Assembly: GCA_950097015.1 (NCBI GenBank)
Contig: CATNEN010000007.1
Location: 186,001-250,000 of the forward strand
Source of the DNA: Macrostomum hystrix
Lineage: Eukaryota > Animalia > Platyhelminthes
Reading direction: 5' to 3'
DNA length: 64,000 bases
The notes below the pieces were generated by a model. That model was not told where the DNA came from, ran no database searches, and worked only from the letters and a program-made list of their open reading frames with translations. Shown here in pieces: positions 1 to 28,879 of the stretch. Both the position numbers and the translations under genes were made by a program. Each line of letters begins with the position of its first letter. Position 1 is the stretch's first letter.

Positions 1-57
1 AGGGAGAGGGAGAGGGAGAGGGTGAGGGTGAGGGAGAGCAAGAGGGAGAGGGAGTGT
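1..57. repeat. (GAGAGG)n microsatellite
   Basis: Direct reading; truncated by the window edge. Confidence 0.8.
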
Positions 58-903
58 GAGAGAGAGCTGCAGGAAAGAGGAGTTTGGTGCCATCAGTTCA
101 GGGAGTAATCGTGAGTATCTAGAGGGACCAAGTATCGACTATTCTCAAATCGGACACGCAGAAGGCCCAAGCAATGCGGAGGTCAGAGTGTACACAAGAG
201 TATTAAATAGCCCCTCACGCAGAAGACAGCTCTTTGGCCCATCTTCGAAATCGAATCAAGTGGATGACGTTGCGTGGCCTCTCTACCGTCTCCAGCCCAG
301 CTGAGTTTGAAATAAAATCCCCAATTATTTGCTCCCAACTTGGTTCTCGCAATGTCTCGGGTTTCCTATCCCGGGAGCTGTAGGACGAGTAGGCCGGCCC
401 TCTAAAAGCTACTTTAGTCAACGAAAAAGGCTGCCCCATGAGAACTGAAAGAAGACGGCTGAAAGACAGAGAGAAAGAGGAGAGGGTAGCCAAGAAGAAA
501 GCACCTTAATTGCACTAAACCTGGGGATCTGAACGATCCGCTTCCATTTTACTCAGAGCCTATACTTGTACCTATCTCTCCTTCTCCGCTATCACGGAAG
601 CGCATTTTCACTTTACCTGTTCGCGGTCCAGTCTTATTCAGCTCACCCTGCCAGGATTTCAAAAATGGGAATAGAATGTTACCTTCTTAGTTCATGTTTT
701 CCCATGTCCATAACACTGAAAACTGAAAAGCTTTTCGCAGATTTTTGTCATAACTTTCAGCCCCCCCATTTTTCTGTGCTTTTAAACTAAAAGGCTATTC
801 TGTGTCATGGTGTTCACACGTGGAAAAAAATCAAATCGTTCACATATCTTTCCGCGCTTTTGGGAATGTGACAAATATTTAGCTTTTTACGTGGATAAAT
901 TTC

Positions 904-939
904 CACGTGTGTTTATCTGCAACCAGATAAACACACGTG
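904..939. other. Perfect 16-bp inverted repeat (hairpin) with 4-nt loop
   Basis: CACGTGTGTTTATCTG-caac-CAGATAAACACACGTG. Confidence 0.9.
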
Positions 940-1059
940 ATGTTTAGATGATTGGGCTATTTTGTATATGAACCTGTTCTAATATTCGAAAAACAGTTAT
1001 CAACATAAATTTTTTTTCAACGACAACCTACCAAAACTCGAATAATTTATTTAATCCAG

Positions 1060-18261
<17,202 letters not shown>

Positions 18262-19992
18262 GTCACTTGGCGCCGTTTCGTTTCGTTATCTAAAAGTGCT
18301 GTATTGGACTCCGAGCTGTTGAATGCTCAGATCTAAATTATTTTTCAAGAGATTCCTTGTGTTTGTTTACTGCAGCCGGACTTATTTTCTTAGACTCAAA
18401 GCCTGAACGGGTGGATGACCTACTCAAGCTGACAAACTATGCGCCTCCTCCGTCCCCTCAATGACCATGCAGATAGAAAATCACACTGACGCCGGAACTC
18501 GTTTTAGCGGACACATTTCACATTGAAGCCACTCCTAGTTTCGGCAATCTCATAATGATGATTTTTTATTATATTAATAATTATAAATGGCAATGAAACA
18601 AACGGCACACAATTGTAAATCTTTAATGGCAGCATTTTAAGCAGTTTTTGTCTTTGACGTGAAACAAAACGGACAGATTCGCGCGACTGAAAAAAGGAAT
18701 GGGCAAAATAGCAAAACTAAAAACATACTATGACTCGTAAAATAGGATATAGAAAGCTGAGGAAACACAATAAACTTTGCGCTACTGCAGAAACTTTACA
18801 TTTATACTTCATATTACATTCATTTGTTTTACTACTAATAAATGCCTTCATTACAACTACCGTTGCAGTACGTGATCGTGATAATGTAACATTTCAGAGT
18901 GAAACACAAGAAAAAAAGACTAACAAATAAAATAATTATGACAAAAAGTTAAAGTGACGAACAAAACAAACATATTTTCATTTACAAATTTATGACACTG
19001 TATGCAAAGTTCTACATTTGACAGGTTTCAATACTATTTTTCGAATTTCCCTTAGAATTAACAATTCAGACTTCGCAAGATTGGTGAACGAAAGTATTTC
19101 TTTTTAATATTTAATCTATATATTTTCGTATATTTAGTAGTATTTGATTTTAAAACGAATGTATATTTTAATAATTAAATATAGGGTTGTATAAATTGAT
19201 TTCATATTTGTTTATAATATTAAGCCATAAATATATTCGTAGTAATTTATAACATATTAAACTAATTCAAAATTATGCCTTTTTGCTAATAATAAAAGTT
19301 TTCCAATTTCATCATCACTTGAACTATAGTTTCAAAGTATGATTTTTCGTTGCAGAAGTGATTTAAGAGATAAGTTGACAGTTTTGAAGTTAAAAAATTA
19401 CTAATCAGCATCGTCAGCAGAGTCAGAGTAACAAAAAATAAATAAACGTTCGAGAATTAGTTTTTTACAATCAGGGTTAAAGTGGAGTGAAAAAAGCTTC
19501 GTTCTTTTAGAATATAATAATGCTACTTATAGTAGGCTTTTTGTTTACTTGAAGAAAATTAGCATTGCCAGCAGTAGCTGCAGCCTCGCATCAATGATCC
19601 AACACCGAGTATGCTTCAGTCGCATTAGTTTATAATGAAAATGGACGGCACAAAAATTCTGAGTCTATTTTAGGACCGCTTTGACTTCGTCTTGACCAAG
19701 AGTCATGAGTTCGAATTTGTGGCTAAACTGCATTCATTTGGTCACATAGTCAGACAGTGAATGCATGGGGGGCATTTTGGGTAATACATTTTTTGTACAT
19801 TGAGTGTGTACACTGCCTGCCAATGAGAAACATGAGTGCGTGCGTTTCTAACATTAAAAAAAAGAAATAACAAAGCTTGCTATAGCACAGTTATTTTAAC
19901 ACAATTATCACAGAACAAAACAAAAACATGTTAATAATAATTTTTCCAAGACCTGAGACTAGAAATTCAAGGCGCTAGACACAATAGTCATT

Positions 19993-22900
19993 TTATCTGA
20001 ATATTGTCCGCAGTTGCTCCTGCGAGGGAGCCCGGATGCCAACAACTCGATCGGACGACGCCGCGCCGCCGCCGACCTCCGCCTGGGTGTCGGACAGGTT
20101 CTGCACCGCGTCCTCGCTGGTGGAGCCTTCGGACTGCGGGTAAATTAAATTTTCAGTAGAAGTTACGTCAGTAGATGTGTCAGTAGATGTGTCAGTAGAT
20201 GTGTCAGTAGATGTGTCAGTAGATGTGTCAGTAGATGTGTCAGTAGATGTGTCAGTAGATGTGCCGTTTGTTGTGTCAGTAGATGTGTCAGTAGATGTCT
20301 CAGTAGATGTGTCAGTAGATGTGTCAGTAGATGTCTCAGTAGATGTGTCAGTAGATGTGTCGGTAGATGTGTCAGTAGATGTGTCAGTAGATGTGTCAGT
20401 AGATGTGTCAGTAGATGTGTCAGTAGATGTGTCAGTAGATGTGTCAGTAGATGTGTCAGTAGATGTGTCAGTAGATGTTTCAGTAGATGTGCCAGTTTGT
20501 TGTGTCAGTAGATGTGTCAGTAGATGTGTCAGTAGATGTGTCAGTAGATGTTTCAGTAGATGTGTCAGTTTGATGTGTCAGTTTGATGTGTCAGTTTGTT
20601 GTGTCAGTAGATGTGTCAGTAGAGGTGTTAGTAGAGAGATGTCAGTAGATGTGTCAGTAGAGGTGTTAGTAGAGAGATATCAGTAGATGTGTCAGTTGAT
20701 GTGTCAGTTTGATGTGTCAGTAGATTTTTCAGTTTGGTGTGTCGGTTTGTTGTTGTCATTAGATGTGTCAGTTTGTTGTGCCAGTAGATATGTCAGGTCA
20801 ATCCCACGCTCACCTCTTTGACTTCCCTCTGTCGTCTCTCACGCTGCCGCTGACTCTCCCGATTCTCTTCCTCGAGTTCGCGGCGGATCTCTTTCTCCAG
20901 CTCGTCATCGTCGGACATCATCTTGTGCGACTCCTGGGGCCGAGTGAAAACGAGCAAGAATTTAACTTCTGCAGGCCTCAGAGACTGACAAGGAAGTGCA
21001 AACTCTACTCCCACACTATAGATTATAATACTCAGTCTTTTCTATTCAATATGCGAGCTATATCCCCATGCCTGCCCTTGTCCACCCACTCTACCCTTGT
21101 ACACCCACTCTACCATTGTCCATCCACTCTACCCTTGTACACCCACTCTACCATTGTCCACCCACTCTACCATTGTCCACCCACTCTACCATTGTACACC
21201 CCACTCTACCATTGTACACCCCACTCTACCCTTGTACACCCCACTCTACCATTGTACACCCCACTCTACCCTTGTACACCCACTCTACCATTGTACACCC
21301 CACTCTACCCTTGTACACCCACTCTACCATTGTCCACCCACTCTACCATTGTACACCCCACTCTACCATTGTACACCCCACTCTACCCTTGTACACCCAC
21401 TCTATCATTGTACACCCCACTCTACCCTTGTACACCCACTCTACCATTGTCCACCCACTCTACCATTGTACACCCCACTCTACCATTGTACACCCCACTC
21501 TACCCTTGTACACCCACTCTACCATTGTACACCCCACTCTACCCTTGTACACCCACTCTACCATTGTCCACCCACTCTACCATTGTACACCCCACTCTAC
21601 CATTGTACACCCCACTCTACCCTTGTACACCCCACTCTACCCTTGTACACCCCACTCTACCCTAGTACACCCCACTCTACCATTGTCCACCCACTCTACC
21701 TTTGTACACCCCACTCTACCCTTGTACACCCACTCTACCCTTGTACACCCACTCTACCCTTGTCCACCCACTCTACCCTTGTACACCCACTCTACCCTTG
21801 TACACCCACTCTACCCTTGTACACCCCACTCTACCCTTGTACACCCCACTCTACCCTTGCACAGCCCACTCTACCCTTGTCCACCCACACTAACCTTGTC
21901 TGTCTTAACCCAACCCACTGAAGCCTTCAACGCTACTCCAGCCGACCAGAACTTACCTCCAGGTGCTTCATGAGCACAGCCACTACGACATTAACCAGTA
22001 CGAACTGGGCCATGAGCACAAACACCACAAAGTAGATTGGTGCAAAAACTCCGGAAACGCAGCAGTTCTTGACGCAGCTGTCGCTGGAGTCGCACTTGCC
22101 GCGCAGCGTGTCCTTCATGATGCCGTTCCAGTTGTCGCCGGTGGCGATACGAAACAGAGTCAGGAAGGCCATGCCGAAGTTCTCAAAGTGAGCATGACGG
22201 CTGAGACCAACGCAGGGATTGTCCAGCGAGCATTCTGAAACCAAGTGGCGGAGCGGTCGGTAGCGACTTGCCTTGCAAATCAACTCACAATGTACAGTGA
22301 GAGACAGATGTACACCCCTGTGCATTAATATTTGTTGCATTGACTCACCCAGTCGACCGAAAAGCTCGACTCCCAGGGCAGCAAAGATGTAGAACAGCAG
22401 GAAGAAGAGCAGGCCGAGATTTCCCACCTGCGGCAGGGCCTGGATGACCGTGTCCAGCAGGGCCCTGATGCCTTTGGCCATCTTCAACAGCTTCAGCACT
22501 GGACGTGGCGGGGATAGGACCCACAGGTTTGGTTGCTATGGGTTAAAAGTGAATTATTGCAACTACAGAAACAGATTCTCACCTCTAGCGATCCTCAAAA
22601 CGCGCATAACTCTAATAATTGTGGGATTGATTGGGATAACTTTGGACTGCATCTCCTCCAGGATGATGCCGGCAATGGACAGCATGACAATGAGAATGTC
22701 CAACTGGTTCCATCTGTAACAGGAGCAAGTGGGGTTAGCAAAGTCTCTGATTGGTTGTTATTTTCGCCGCAAAAAAAGTCAGCCAGCCAATCAGAGAGCT
22801 TCTGTCACCTGTCCTTCATATATCTGGCCAGGCCCAGCGCGAAAACTTTAAAGATTGCCTCCACGATAAACACCGACGTGAAAACGTAGTTTGTGATTTT

Positions 22901-25900
22901 CAAACCCGTCTCGAGTTCCTGAAATTTAAATATGTACATATGTACAGTCACATCTGTCACTCCCCTCATTCCAACTTTCCCACCCTTCATTCAAACTTTC
23001 CCACCCTTCATTCCCACTTTCCCACCCTTCATTCCAACTTTCCCACTCTTAATACCAACTTTCCCACCCTTCATTCCAACTTTCCCACCCTTCATTCCAA
23101 AAACTTTCCCTCCCTTCATTCCAACTTTCCCACTCTTCATTCCAACTTTCCCACCCTTCATACCAACTTTCCTACTCTTCATTCCAACTTTCCCACCCTT
23201 CATTCCAACTTTCCCACTCTTCATTCCAACTTTCCCACCCTTCATACCAACTTTCCCACCCTTCATTCCAACTTTCCCACCCTTCATTCCCACTTTCCCA
23301 CCCTTCATTCCAACTTTCCCACCCTTCATACCAACTTTCCCACCCTTCATTCCAAAAACTTTCCCTCCCTTCATTCCAACTTTCCCACCCTTCATTCCAA
23401 CTTTCCCACCCTTCATTCCAACTTTCCCACCCTTCATTCCAACTTTCCCACCCTTCATTCCAACCATCCTCGCACCGGAGGCATCATATAGAACTCCATA
23501 GCCATGGTGATGACGTTAACGCCGATGATGGTGGCAATGACCAGGTCAAAGTACTTGCTGTCCACAAAGCGGTGCACGGTGGTTCGCCAGGGCGAGTAGT
23601 TAGCCCAATAGGGCACTGCCCGAATGCCTGCGTGGAATTGTGTGCCAGTTAAAACTAGGATTTCCGAATTCAAACCGAACCTAAAATTTATTAACCTAAA
23701 ACCTGAATTCCGAACACCCGATTAGCGAAATCCGAAACTTGAGACTTGACAATTAAACCCTAAAATTTGATATAAAATTTGATTTGAAAAAAACACGAAA
23801 CCTGAACCCTAAAAAACAAGCCACGAAACATGAAACCTAAAACCTGAACCCCAAAACCTGAACCTCTAAACATGAACCCCTAAACCTGAACCTCTAAACC
23901 TGAACCCCATAACCTGAACCCTAAAACCTGAACCCCAAAACCTGAACCCCAAAACCTGAACCCTTAAACCTGAACCCCTAAACCTGAACCTCTTACCCTG
24001 AACCTCTAAACCCGAACCTCTTAACCTGAACCTCTAAACCCGAACCTCTTAACCTGAACCTCTAAACCCGAACCTCTTAACCTGAACCTCTAAACCTGAA
24101 CCTCTAAACCTGAACCTCTTAACCTGAACCCCTAAACCTGAACCTCTAAACCTGAACCCCTAAACCTGAACCTCTAAACCTGAACCCAAAAACCTAAACC
24201 TGAACCTCTTAACCTGAACCTCTAAACCTGAACCTCTTAACCTGAACCTCTTAACCTGAACCCCTAAACCTGAACCTCTAAACCTGAACCTCTAGACCTG
24301 AACCTCTAAACCTGAACCCCTAAACCTGAACCTCTAAACCTGAACCCAAAAACCTAAACCTGAACCTCTTAACCTGAACCCAAAAACCTGAACCTCTAAA
24401 CCTGAACTCTAAACCTGAACCCCTAAACCTGAACCTCTTAGTGTCTTAGTGGTTAGTGGTTTTGCCACCAGACACCCCGACGAGAATCGTCGAATATCCC
24501 GACGATGCCGATGTTTTGTGATTCTGGATGTTGTTCCATCGGATAGAGCGGAAAATTTTAGCCCGTGTTCTGGACTTTCATGGCGGTTCATTGAATATTT
24601 TGAGAGATGCTGAAAAAATGAAATACCCCCTTGATCTTTCTACTGCAGTTGAAACCCGATCAGTTCCATCGAGACTCACGTCGCTTCTTCTTCTCCATCC
24701 GTCTGGCCCGCTTAGCAGCCCGCCGCGCCTTCTCCTCCTTCTCCTGGCTGGCCCGGCACTTGTGGAAGTTCTCAACCACCACGCCAACGAACATGTTGAG
24801 CACGAAGAATCCCACAAGCAGCAGGAACGAGATGAAGTACAGCAGCAGCCATTCGTTGTGATTCTCCTTTGGCTGCATGTCAACACCGACCGCGTCGATG
24901 CCAGTGTACATGATCTGCACCCAGCCGTCCTTGGAGGACAGGACGAACAGGGTCATCAGAGCCTGCGGGAGCGTTTCACAAACCTGTGAGACATGTTGTG
25001 AGATTTCGGGTTGGTGGAAGCACCCGGTTTTTAGCTGTTTAGAGCTTTAGAACCGGTAGGTGTACTTTAGCTAGGCGACAGTCCATGGACTGTAAGTTTG
25101 GTCCCTCCATCCCACTGGGTCCTTGGAATGGGTCTCGGGAGTCATGCGTGGTGTTTCTTGAAGTTTGGACCGACTAACATTTGTAGAATCAGTACTGATA
25201 AGTATAGATAACAACGGCAATCAGCTCGGTGAACAGGTTTGATTACCTGGCCAAGATTATCAAAGTTATACAGGTGTCTTTTCCAGGTGTTTCTCTTATC
25301 GGCCAGGCACTCGGTGACATTCGTCACCCGTTTCACATTGGGACCGTCGCAATAAAAGAATTTTCCTTTGAACAGCTGCACGCCAAGAATGCCGAATATG
25401 ATGAAGAAGGTGCAGCAGATGAGCACAATGTTGCCAATTGGTCTCAGCGAGGACAGCAGAGTCTGCACCACCAGTTTGAGCCCGGGCGCACGGCTAATCA
25501 CTCGCAGAGGTCGCAAAGTTCTCAACAATCTGAATACGCGCAGAATGCCAAATATGCGACTACTGCTACCCACAAGTAGTGTGATGAGAATGTCAACCAG
25601 GGACACAACAACCAGAAGGCCGTCCATGACATTCCAGCCGCTGTGCAGGTAGGTATGAGTCCCCAGTACCAGGCCTTTGGATAGCACTTTGATCAGCATC
25701 TCCAATGTGAATATGAAGGTGAAAGCGTTATTGCTAACGCTGAGGAACTGCCGTTCCTAGTGAAGAGTTTTAGAATTCACATTAAAAGTACATAAAGTGA
25801 AAAAATAGCTACAACGGTTGGAACTGGCACTATATTCCCATTTCAGCCTCACAATGCTGTCCTGTGGTATCGATGGCCTCTCCATAGCCAGCGTGATGCA

Positions 25901-28840
25901 GTTGAGAGCAATGAAGAATAGCACCGTGTAATCGAACCATTTCTGCGAGGTGATGGCCTGGCACACTTTGCGGAATCTGCGGGACCGTGGGGGCTATGGT
26001 GGGCTTAGTCGTGGCCAATAAATTTACACTGAATGGATGTACATTGGTTGAGGTGGGCTTAGTCGTGGCCAGTCCAATAAATCTACACTGAATGGATGTA
26101 CATTGGTTGAGGTGGGCTTAGTCGTGGCCAATCATGCCACCACCATTAACCACCATATTTAGTGATCGATATGGTGTACACAAAAATCGGTCTTTCGTTT
26201 TGGGAGCTTTCGCGAAGTAGGCAGTGGGTATTTGAAATACTCCCGTGGTCTTCTACTGGTGAATTATGAACCCGCCACCTCACTCCGCAGTATGTTCAAT
26301 CTAAAATTAGAATTTCGGAATGTACACATGGGGTAGGGGGCGCTGCAATTTGGAAGTTGAATGTACATTTACAGAGAGGAAAGGAGACGAAACCCGTCAT
26401 ATTGTGTCACATTAAAATTCAACCAAAGTCAGCAGCACAAAACAAATAGCTGCTCCTTATTGATAAGGCCGATTTAACTTCTTTTTGAGAAAGAAGAAAT
26501 TTTAGAATTTTTTTGAGAAGCTACTCACGGATTATCTGGCCCGAAAATGTACAAAGCATAGTCTTGCCGGGCGATGAATAACTTCTCCAGCCAGTTGGAT
26601 TGCTGTAATTCAGGAGACTTATAAATGCATTGTGGGGAGATTAGAGTAATCAGAGTGACAGAGAGATAGGGAGAGTGAAGTGTGGCAAAGATAAGGAGAG
26701 TGAAAGAGATATGATGAGAGTGAATAGTAACAGCGATAAGGAGAGGGAAGAATGACAGAGATATGATGAGAGTGAATAGTAACAGCGATAAGGAGAGGGA
26801 AGAATGACAGAGATATGATGAGATTGAATAGTAACAGCGATAAGGAGAGGGAAGAATGACAGAGATATGATGAGAGTGAATAGTGACAGCGATAAGGAGA
26901 TGGAAGAGTGACAGAGAGATGATGAGAGTGAAGAGTGACAGAGAGATGATGAGAGTGAATAGTGACAGAGAGATGATGAGAGTGAATAGTAACAGCGATA
27001 AGGAGATGGAAGAGTGACAGAGAGATGATGAGAGTGAAGAGTGACAGAGAGATGATGAGAGTGAATAGTGACAGAGAGATGATGAGAGTGAATAGTAACA
27101 GCGATAAGGAGAGGGAAGAGTGACAGAGAGATAATGAGAGTGAAGTGTGGCAAAGATAAGGAGAGTGAAAGAGATATGATGAGAGTGAATAGTAACAAAG
27201 ATAAGGAGAGAGAAGAATGACAGAGATATGATGAGAGTGAAGAGTGACAGAGATAAGGAGAGTGGAGAGTGGAGAGTTACAGAGCGATAAGGATCGAGGG
27301 GGTGAGTGACAGAGATCTGAGGATCTCTGTTTAATGGGCAAAGGGACTGACGGAGGAGGTGTCGTCCAGGCTTCCGTCGCTGGAGTTGCTGTCTTTAACC
27401 GCAGCCGCAGCCACTGCAGCCGCCGAAGCCGATAGGGTCTGAGGTCGCACGGCAGCCGAGCTGCGGTTCGATCTTCGACTTCCCGGCTGGGACCGGTTGC
27501 TGGCGAAACTGCCGACGGTTGGCGCCGGTGGCGACTCGTCCGCTGCTGCGACAGCGACGGCGCCGGCAGCAGACCCGGTTGCTTCTGGCGGCGTCGGGGT
27601 CCGGAAGACGCGGCCGTTGCTTCGTTGACATCGGATTGCCGAGGAAGCGGGAATGCCGTTGCAGACGCCACCTGATCCTCCACTGATGTCGAATTGGTTG
27701 GTTTTGCAGCGTTTTTCATGTGCGTTTGTTAAGTCATAGAAGTCTGAGTATCTATCTCAATGGGAGAGAGGGTGAGACAGTGGGAGAGGATGAGAGACAG
27801 TAGGAGAGGATGAGAGACAGTAGGAGAGGATGGGAGACAGTGGGAGAAGATGAGAGACAGTAGGAGAGGATGAGAGACAGTAGGAGAGGATGAGAGACAG
27901 TAGGAGATGATGAGAGACAGTGGGAGAGGATGAGAGACAGTGGGAGAAGATGAGAGACAGTAGGAGAGGATGAGAGACAGTAGGAGAGGATGAGAGACAG
28001 TAGGAGAGGATGAGAGACAGTAGGAGAGGATGAGAGACAGTAGGAGAGGATGGGAGACAGTGGGAGAGGATGAGAGACAGTAGGAGAGGATGAGAGACAG
28101 TAGGAGAGGATGGGAGACATTGGGAGAGGATGAGAGACAGTAGGAGAGGATGAGAGACAGTAGGAGAGGATGAGAGACAGTAGGAGAGGATGAGAGACAG
28201 TAGGAGAGGATGAGAGACAGTGGGAGAGGATGGGAGACAGTAGGAGAGGATGAGAGACAGTAGGAGAGGATGAGAGACAGTAGGAGAGGATGGGAGACAT
28301 TGGGAGAGGATGAGAGACAGTAGGAGAGGATGAGAGACAGTAGGAGAGGAAAAGAGACAGTGGGAGAGGATGGGAGACAGTAGGAGAGGATGAGAGACAG
28401 TAGGAGAGGATGAGAGACAGTAGGAGAGGATGAGAGACAGTGGGAGAAGATGAGAGACAGTAGGAGAAGATGAGAGACAATAGGAGAGGATGAGAGACAG
28501 TGGGAGAAGATGAGAGACAGTAGGAGAAGATGAGAGACAGTAGGAGAGGATGAGAGACAGTGGGAGTGGATTGGGGCGGATAAAATAGCATGAAATCATC
28601 CTCACACCCTCACCATAATCCAACGCCGCCACCTGCACAGTTGCTGCCTTTGCTGACTTTCTCATTCGACAACGGAGACTGCTGGCTACTCGACTTTTCA
28701 TTCTGCCAGAAAAACGGATATCATTTTACGAGTGTCTAGCGATACAAATAACACAAAATGGATTTACCGGAAGTGATCTGTCGATTGTGTCGATGCTGGA
28801 AGAGCTGCATTGAAATGGTTGGGCATTGTACAGTGTTAAT

Positions 28841-28879
<39 letters not shown>

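Noticed and set aside
56-493. Short ORFs possibly from a LINE fragment (IIGDF-like string); also ORF 2932-3270
   Set aside because: No recognisable RT, endonuclease or transposase motifs beyond a weak 5-residue resemblance; needs a tBLASTn or Dfam search.
23690-24440. Interstitial telomere-like sequence (CCCTAA strings)
   Set aside because: The dominant unit is the 14-mer AAACCTGAACCTCT; CCCTAA occurs only as scattered variants.
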